The notes under the pieces: generated by a model
The model's database searches: none
What the model saw: the letters and a program-made list of their open reading frames with translations, nothing else
Told to the model about the DNA's origin: nothing
Made by a program: the position numbers and the translations under genes
Shown here: positions 23,508 through 29,253 of the stretch, piece after piece
How the letters are laid out: the number at the start of each line of letters is the position of its first letter
How positions within the stretch are numbered: the first letter of the stretch is position 1
IMG/VR virus record: IMGVR_UViG_3300020043_001244
Location: 1 to 29,253 of that record
DNA: 29,253 nt
Reading direction: 5' to 3' (one strand)
DNA from: a virus
Lineage: Duplodnaviria > Caudoviricetes

Positions 23508-23530
23508 AGTTCTATTCTAATCACCCGGGT

Positions 23531-23598
23531 AAAGAGCAACGCCCGCCGGAAAGGAATACGGCGAGCGTTGCGGTCGGGAGAAAGGGGATAACCCCGAC
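23531..23598 (-). terminator. double hairpin/terminator with CCUUUC loops
   Basis: gtcggg/cccgac (23573-23598) and gcaacgctcgccg/cggcgggcgttgc (23535-23571), followed by tcttt. Confidence 0.65.
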
Positions 23599-23605
23599 GT
23601 GACCC

Positions 23606-23773
23606 TTAGCGGGTTTCTTTAGCTTCTATGACGCGAACTTCTTTGGCTTGAACTTCATTATCAAGTTCCCAAATTGCCTGCGCCCAAGTGTCTACGTTAT
23701 CACGGACGATACCCGTATCTGGACGGCCTGAAGCCTTTAGAATTGCGTCTTTGATTTGTTCTTTAGTAGCCAT
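23606..23773 (-). CDS. small head-module protein, 55 aa
   Basis: Manual translation gives MATKEQIKDAILKASGRPDTGIVRDNVDTWAQAIWELDNEVQAKEVRVIEAKETR*. It has a GAGG RBS and abuts the protease stop. Confidence 0.75.
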   Translation of the reverse strand: MATKEQIKDAILKASGRPDTGIVRDNVDTWAQAIWELDNEVQAKEVRVIEAKETR

Positions 23774-25486
23774 TTATAGCCTCTTCATTAGTAGTTCGAG
23801 CTTCATCTTCTTCAACTCTAGTGCGGTTAGCTCTTCTAAGTTGTCTTCTTCTACGGCTTCTTCTTGTGGAGTTAGTCGCTGGATTACTTTAGTTAGAAGT
23901 TCGGACTGCTCTAGAGATAGGTCTTTACCGTCTTCGATAGCCAACATAGCGTCCGCTAACTGGTCTGCGTCTACTTCTGCGCGCTTTGCTACTCCGTCGA
24001 ATGAACGAACGGCTGCTGTTCCTGCGGTCTGCTGATATGCCGGGAATGCCACTATTGAAACTTCGTGAATTCTTACGGAGCGGAGAGTTCTTTCGGTTCC
24101 CTCGGTGTTCCAAGAATCACCGTTAGCTGGAACTGAGAATCCAAACGACATAGCTGATACGTCGCCACGTTGTACCAAAGTGCGAACGTCTTTTCCTAAA
24201 GTGGTTTCTGGTAGGACGGCAGTAACCCGAAGACCGTAGTTGTCTTCTTCAAGCTTTAGGGTTCCGGCCCGGGTAGAGCCTAGAACGCTTCCGGTGTCGT
24301 GGTTCCATAGAAGCTTGATATCGTTGCGTGCCTTTAGGGAACGCTTGAATGCTCCGGGCGCGATTCTTTCAATAAATGGAAGTGGTTCGCTTGGGCTGTT
24401 GAAGACTGCGGCGTATCCGGTGAACGTCATTCCGTCGCCACCTTCGACCGCTCTTAGCTCAAACTTTACTTCGTTAGTTCGCTTTTCAATCTTTGCCATT
24501 CGTTCGCTTTCCTGACTTATGCTTGCGCGATTTTCTTCCTCTAGTCTAGCAACGACGCCGTCCGCATAGTTCATAGCTCTACGCGCTGACGCTTTGCTCG
24601 GGCCACTTCCCCAAAGAAGGTGCGCGACAACTCCCGCGCTTGGATAATTTTCTGAAGACGGATTTGCGTCCGGAGAATCTAGGTCGCCTAAGTGTCTAGC
24701 AATCCAAGCGGCAATTCTTACCCACTTGTCCGCCGTGACGTTTCCTTCTGCCATAGCTCGGGCTTCTCTTACGGTTCTATCTACTAGGCCGTCACCTGCT
24801 AATCCTTCGGCGTAGTATTCAAGTCCACGGCGGGCTGCTGCTCGCATATAAGCGGGCGGCGTTAGGTTTACGTCCCGGGCTTCGGTTTCCTGCTCCGCTG
24901 GTTCCCAAGCATTACAGTAATTTCCGCCGTCTACGAATGCGTCCCACTTTTCGCACCAAGCTTTATCGCCGTCTTCGTTTAGTCGCTCTTCGTTGAAGAA
25001 GAAACAATTTCCACAAGCGCGACCTTCTGGAACATCTGGAGCAAGTGCCGGGCGATAGTTCTCCGGAAGATTTTGCTCTCCTTCGTCTTCTTCATCTTTA
25101 GCTTCTTCAACTTCTGCGGAGATTCTTTCCGGCATTTGAATTCTTGTTAGCTTGAAGACGTTCATAATCATTAGGCGATTAGTTGAATGGTAGGTTTCGT
25201 CTTCTAATTCGTAGACTTCTAGCCCTGCTAGTTCGCCTTCTATCATTACGACCTGCGCTAAAACATTCGGGTTTCTTTCGTTCCAGCTAACCCAGTCCCC
25301 GACTTGTAGCTGTCCAACGGCGGCGCGCTCTCCTACGAACTCGGTATCCTCGGCTAATGAAATTGCGATAGCTTGGTCGATAGCTGATTCTTTAGTGTCG
25401 TGGCAAGCAATTAGTTCGCCGTCTTCTTTAACAACGGCCCAAGCTGAAGGGCAGTCTGCGGATTGGTCGGTTATGTAATACGGCAC
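23774..25486 (-). CDS. multidomain HK97-type prohead protease (C-terminal S78-like domain with ~330-aa N-terminal extension)
   Basis: FTGYAAVFNS, ERIAPGAF, LLWNHD, MSFGF, EVSIVAFPAY. Confidence 0.92.
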   Translation of the reverse strand: MPYYITDQSADCPSAWAVVKEDGELIACHDTKESAIDQAIAISLAEDTEFVGERAAVGQLQVGDWVSWNERNPNVLAQVVMIEGELAGLEVYELEDETYHSTNRLMIMNVFKLTRIQMPERISAEVEEAKDEEDEGEQNLPENYRPALAPDVPEGRACGNCFFFNEERLNEDGDKAWCEKWDAFVDGGNYCNAWEPAEQETEARDVNLTPPAYMRAAARRGLEYYAEGLAGDGLVDRTVREARAMAEGNVTADKWVRIAAWIARHLGDLDSPDANPSSENYPSAGVVAHLLWGSGPSKASARRAMNYADGVVARLEEENRASISQESERMAKIEKRTNEVKFELRAVEGGDGMTFTGYAAVFNSPSEPLPFIERIAPGAFKRSLKARNDIKLLWNHDTGSVLGSTRAGTLKLEEDNYGLRVTAVLPETTLGKDVRTLVQRGDVSAMSFGFSVPANGDSWNTEGTERTLRSVRIHEVSIVAFPAYQQTAGTAAVRSFDGVAKRAEVDADQLADAMLAIEDGKDLSLEQSELLTKVIQRLTPQEEAVEEDNLEELTALELKKMKLELLMKRL

Positions 25487-25761
25487 TATTGGCTCTGCCT
25501 AACTATCAAGACGCCTAGCTCCAAATCAGAAGGGTCGGATACTGCCCAAAGCGTATCTAAGGGTTCTAGCGTTATTTCTTTTGATTCGCCCGGGTCTAGG
25601 TGAATACTGTTAGCGGTGCTTACTGTCTGGCTTCCAAGATAAATGTAGTGATTGCTTGACTTTGTAAGGTTATGAAAATGCGCAACTTGTCTTTGTGTGG
25701 CTGGCCCGACTACTTGTGTAGGTGTTCCAGCGGTAAGGGTAAAAACATTGTGGAGAATCAT
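25486..25761 (-). CDS. small beta-rich head-module protein (possible decoration protein)
   Basis: HN...YIYLG...VSTANSIHLDPGE..ITL...TLWAVS; located between portal and protease. Confidence 0.55.
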   Translation of the reverse strand: MILHNVFTLTAGTPTQVVGPATQRQVAHFHNLTKSSNHYIYLGSQTVSTANSIHLDPGESKEITLEPLDTLWAVSDPSDLELGVLIVRQSQ

Positions 25762-27113
25762 TACTCGACCTCGTAAACGCCTTCAGGATTGTTCGGGTCT
25801 ATTTGACTAACGGGCTGGAGTTGCGTACTTGCTAATCCGGTGTGCGGAATAGCTGGCAGACCTAGAGCTTCTAGAACGGCCTTCGGGTCGTAGCCGGATA
25901 GAACTAGCTTCTGCGCCATTCCAACTTTCTTATCCTCGGTTGAGATTCTCGAATCGTCGATAGACACGTTAGCTAGTGGAACTCTAACTTGGTCTGCTAC
26001 TGCGTCACCCATTGGGGTTAGGTCTTCGAATCGGCGGATATCGTTCACGGTGTAATAACCCGCTTGAAGTCCGATTGAGTACGAAGTCGCGCGGGCTTGG
26101 GAATCCCCGCGGAGAAGTCCGTCAAGGTTGAATCTTAGAAATGCTTGCTCTCCCCCGGGTACTTCGGATAGAAGGCCGCTAAATGCTGTTTCTAGTTTTG
26201 TCACAATCGGGCGAAGTGTGTGCTGGACGAAGAAGATAGAGTCTTGTTCAACGCTGGCGTAAGCGGTCGAACCTTGAACGCCTAGCATATGGTTTGGAAT
26301 GTTGAACGCTCTAGCTACGTCTTCGACTGCTAGGCGGCGAGAGTTTTCTAGTTGGCTTTGTTCTGGGTCTACGCCCGTTGCCTTCCACATAGCACCGCCG
26401 GAAAGAACTCCGGTCTTGTGTGATTTCTTTAGTCCTCGGTGCGCTGCGTCAAATCCACGGCGAAGGTTTTCTGCCTGCTCGGAATTTAGGTTGCCGGGGA
26501 ACTCAATAATTCCCTGCGGGGTTGCGCTGTTAGAAAAGAACCTAGCGGCGTAAGACTCTAGCGCGATAGATAGTCCGAGATTATCTTTTAGAGCTTCGAC
26601 TCTAGCCATTCCGCGAATGTCGCCCGGGCGAACTAGGTCGGCAATAAAGATAACGTCTTCGGAGCTAAGAAGATTTTTCTCGCCTTGAACCTCGAACATA
26701 ACGCGTCCGATACCGTTGCGCTTTATCTGTACCTTGTGCGGGTTTAGTGGAACAAGGTTTACAACCTGTCCCCCGGAACGGAAGACGCGAATAAAGGCGT
26801 TGCCGTCAATTAGAAGAGAAACGATAACCGACTGCCAGAATGCCGAAGGCTGCTGGTCTAAGTCGGGCTTAGATACCCAAGCTGGTTTCGGACGGAACGG
26901 GCCTCTAGCTCCATCGCGTCGAATGTATGCGTCTAGGGGAAGCGTTGAAATGGTGTCCGAGATGAGAGATACCGCAGACCATACCGCCGTAATCTTGAAA
27001 GCGGTTTCTGAATTGACGATTGTTCCGGACTGGTTTAGGTCTACTAGGTCGTCCCCAGCTCCCCAAAGAGTCTGAAAGTTTATTGCCCTTTTCTCAAAAA
27101 GGTTATTCAGCAT
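25761..27113 (-). CDS. HK97-family portal protein
   Basis: AVWSAVSLISDTISTLPL, LLIDGNAF, VARAFNIP, TLRPIV, TVNDIRRFEDL. Confidence 0.95.
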   Translation of the reverse strand: MLNNLFEKRAINFQTLWGAGDDLVDLNQSGTIVNSETAFKITAVWSAVSLISDTISTLPLDAYIRRDGARGPFRPKPAWVSKPDLDQQPSAFWQSVIVSLLIDGNAFIRVFRSGGQVVNLVPLNPHKVQIKRNGIGRVMFEVQGEKNLLSSEDVIFIADLVRPGDIRGMARVEALKDNLGLSIALESYAARFFSNSATPQGIIEFPGNLNSEQAENLRRGFDAAHRGLKKSHKTGVLSGGAMWKATGVDPEQSQLENSRRLAVEDVARAFNIPNHMLGVQGSTAYASVEQDSIFFVQHTLRPIVTKLETAFSGLLSEVPGGEQAFLRFNLDGLLRGDSQARATSYSIGLQAGYYTVNDIRRFEDLTPMGDAVADQVRVPLANVSIDDSRISTEDKKVGMAQKLVLSGYDPKAVLEALGLPAIPHTGLASTQLQPVSQIDPNNPEGVYEVE

Positions 27114-27244
27114 TAGTTACGCTCCAAAGCAATTCCAAAGAAGACCGTCGCTACTCCAGCGACAATTACCGCAACGGGAAAGTTTAGAAATGCTATACCC
27201 GCAACGATTAGCGCGGCTCCGATTATTTGAATTACTGTTGCCAT
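27113..27244 (-). CDS. small hydrophobic membrane protein between terL and portal, 43 aa
   Basis: Manual translation gives MATVIQIIGAALIVAGIAFLNFPVAVIVAGVATVFFGIALERN*, TAATG-coupled to the portal gene. Confidence 0.7.
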   Translation of the reverse strand: MATVIQIIGAALIVAGIAFLNFPVAVIVAGVATVFFGIALERN

Positions 27245-27253
27245 TATTCACCC

Positions 27254-28777
27254 TTAGAAAAAGAAGTCGGGAACCATTTCTTCCATTCTACTACTTACGG
27301 CTCTATCAAAGGCAATAACGGCGGCTACCGCTGCGTCAATCTTTCTAGGTGAATGACGATTCTCTTTGACGATACGGATTCCTAAGTTATCTATTTTGGT
27401 CACGGCGTTATCTAAGTGCCTTGCTAGAACTGGGCTTCCGTCGTGTTCTACGGTTCCACCCGTAACGGCGTCATAGAACTTAGCGCAGGCTTGAACCATT
27501 CGCTTCGGAGAAGTAGAAGGCCACTCGACGATTGGAACTCCCCGGTCTGCTAGGACTTCCATAGAGCGTTGCCAGCGGAACGGGTCGCAAGCTACTTCTC
27601 GGGTCTTCGGGTAGTCGCGCATAAAGTTCATAATCGTTTCCTCGACTTCTTGGATATCTACCCGCCATTGGTCGTCGTGGATTGTTAGGTCTTTCTCCCA
27701 TTCCTTCACTAGCCAAAGGAAAGGTTTTTCTTCTTCGGTCTTTGGGATAACGCAAGCAACTAGAACGGTACAGTCCCCCGAGAATGAACCGTCGAAGCCA
27801 AGAATGATTTCGTCGTCCGGGCTAGGGATTCTTTCGGTCTTTAGTTCGTCCCAAGTTCCGGCAGGTAGCCAAGCGGTCTGCGAGCTTACCCATTGGTTTA
27901 GTCGCTTAGTTCTAAACTCCGCTTCGGGTGTTCGCCTTACTGCGCTCTCGAAGTCTGCTGAATCTACTAAGTCGTCATAGCCCGGGTTAGCTTGCTCCCA
28001 AACTTTCGGGTCGCGGTGGTCTGCTTCGTCCGGTGCGGCCCACCAAGCCATAAAAAAAGACGGGTCGATAACTTCCCCGCGTGAAACCTTCTGCCCATAC
28101 TGGAACAAGTTGTAAGCGATTGAGTCGCCTCCAGTCATATCTTTTTTTACTCCAGCTGTTGTAATTGCGATTAGCTGCGCAATACTTCCACGGTTTCCCA
28201 TAGCCAAACTCATAACGTCAAAGAGTGAACGGTCTTTGTGCGCGTGGAGTTCGTCGGCGATAACGCGGTGCGGGTTGTATCCCTCTTTGGAAAAGCTCTC
28301 GGCAGATAAGACTCGATAGACGGAATTAGTTTCTGGAACGAATAGAGCGTCCCGATAAACCTTTACCATTTCACTTAGTTCGGTAGATTCGACAATTCTT
28401 TTTGCTTCACCGAATACGATTCGAGCTTGTTCTTTTTCTGCTGCGATTGAATAAACTTCTCCACCGTCTACGCCTTCAGCTAGTAAGGAATAAAGACCGA
28501 AGCTAACTGAAGCAAGCGCGCTCTTGCCATTTTTCCTCGGTTCCCCGATTAGACAAGTTTTCGCAATAAGTCCACCGCTTTCGTCCCGAGCGTAGACGTG
28601 ACGGATTAGTTCTTTCTGCCAGTCACGTAGCTTGAGTGCGTCCCCAACCTTTCCAGCGATTCCGTCCTTACCGATAGTCCCAAACGCTTCTGAGAATTCA
28701 ATTACTATTTCTCCGTCGCCTTGTTCGATAGCCTTCTGCGGAACGGGCGTTAGCCATAGCGGGGGCCAACTACTCAC
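27254..28777 (-). CDS. terL: terminase large subunit (HK97-like)
   Basis: Walker A PRKNGKS, Walker B VIADELH, ITTAG, GFDGS, KIDAAVA. Confidence 0.96.
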   Translation of the reverse strand: MSSWPPLWLTPVPQKAIEQGDGEIVIEFSEAFGTIGKDGIAGKVGDALKLRDWQKELIRHVYARDESGGLIAKTCLIGEPRKNGKSALASVSFGLYSLLAEGVDGGEVYSIAAEKEQARIVFGEAKRIVESTELSEMVKVYRDALFVPETNSVYRVLSAESFSKEGYNPHRVIADELHAHKDRSLFDVMSLAMGNRGSIAQLIAITTAGVKKDMTGGDSIAYNLFQYGQKVSRGEVIDPSFFMAWWAAPDEADHRDPKVWEQANPGYDDLVDSADFESAVRRTPEAEFRTKRLNQWVSSQTAWLPAGTWDELKTERIPSPDDEIILGFDGSFSGDCTVLVACVIPKTEEEKPFLWLVKEWEKDLTIHDDQWRVDIQEVEETIMNFMRDYPKTREVACDPFRWQRSMEVLADRGVPIVEWPSTSPKRMVQACAKFYDAVTGGTVEHDGSPVLARHLDNAVTKIDNLGIRIVKENRHSPRKIDAAVAAVIAFDRAVSSRMEEMVPDFFF

Positions 28778-29219
28778 GGTTAGCCTTCTTCGCCATTAGC
28801 TCTTCGAGCTTGCTCATTTTCTTTACTTCGGCAACGCCTAAGCGGGAGCGGTCGGACGGAGTGAACCCAAGAAGCCCCAAGTTAGAAACGATTTGCTTGT
28901 CTAGCTCACGGAGTCCCCGGCGGTCTTTCGGGTTGTTGTCGGTCATCACTCGGACGCGCAGGTTCCACCGTTCGTCGATTAGCTCGCAGGTCATAAGAAG
29001 AATTTCTAGGTCGGTGTTAGGGCTTATCCAATTTATGCCGGATTCCCAAACCCTGTCCCAAAGCTCCTGCCCGTATTTGAGAAGTGGACGTGCGGGTTCT
29101 GGAGTTTGGCTTGCCTGCGGAATAAGCATTATTGCCGATTGCTCGGGCAGGGCGCGCTTGCCGGGATTGCCAGTCAATCGCTTTATCTCTGCTGGTTTAG
29201 TCGGTCGTCCTGCTGGCAT
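28770..29219 (-). CDS. terS: terminase small subunit (P27-like)
   Basis: GRPTKP..KRLTGNPGKR...LGFTPSDRSRL. Confidence 0.92.
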   Translation of the reverse strand: MPAGRPTKPAEIKRLTGNPGKRALPEQSAIMLIPQASQTPEPARPLLKYGQELWDRVWESGINWISPNTDLEILLMTCELIDERWNLRVRVMTDNNPKDRRGLRELDKQIVSNLGLLGFTPSDRSRLGVAEVKKMSKLEELMAKKANRE

Positions 29220-29253
29220 TAGCTTCCCTTAAAAATTTTTTTAAATTTCCCAA

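Noticed and set aside
22710-23591. 293-aa plus-strand ORF
   Set aside because: It is the antisense shadow of the capsid gene, Ser/Ala-rich with no motifs.
23459-23600. Possible CRISPR mini-array or tRNA
   Set aside because: The repeats are only about 12 nt in two copies, with no cas genes and no cloverleaf or T-loop.
1-29253. Stop-codon reassignment suggested by frequent CTAG/TAG
   Set aside because: All core genes are full length in the standard code, and TAG serves as a normal stop.

Overview
This window is a near-complete (~29.3 kb) genome of a tailed, HK97-type siphovirus. Its host is probably an actinobacterium, judged from a WhiB gene, a perfect actinobacterial SOS box, GAAAGG Shine-Dalgarno sites and leaderless promoters. 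The GC content looks close to 50% by eye, which would fit a low-GC freshwater Microbacteriaceae-like host (inference). Nearly all genes are on the minus strand. From right to left they are: TerS, TerL, portal, a multidomain prohead protease, major capsid, an inserted GT4/GT2/cytidylyltransferase cassette, neck and tail genes with a -1 frameshift chaperone, tape measure, tail-tip proteins including three paralogues, and a lysis cassette. WhiB, the only convincing plus-strand gene, follows. Next come recombination and replication genes (YqaJ, SSAP, initiator with iterons, loader, SSB, RusA), a 186-bp regulatory gap, an operon of small proteins, an HTH/metallophosphoesterase pair and a truncated HNH gene. 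I recognised no integrase, repressor, DNA polymerase, methylase, tRNA or CRISPR array. The most interesting signals are: (i) a LexA box, a GTTAC-N6-GTTAC box and phased A/T tracts in the gap at 4760-4945; (ii) a protease polyprotein carrying a HiPIP-like 4-Cys domain, with recurrent E-x-R junctions; (iii) two pairs of RNA hairpins upstream of the capsid gene; (iv) a self-contained glycosylation/CDP-polyol cassette; (v) a family of small GxxxG-ER proteins. The first 84 bp are an inverted duplication that is probably an artefact. All calls come from manual motif recognition, and no searches were run.
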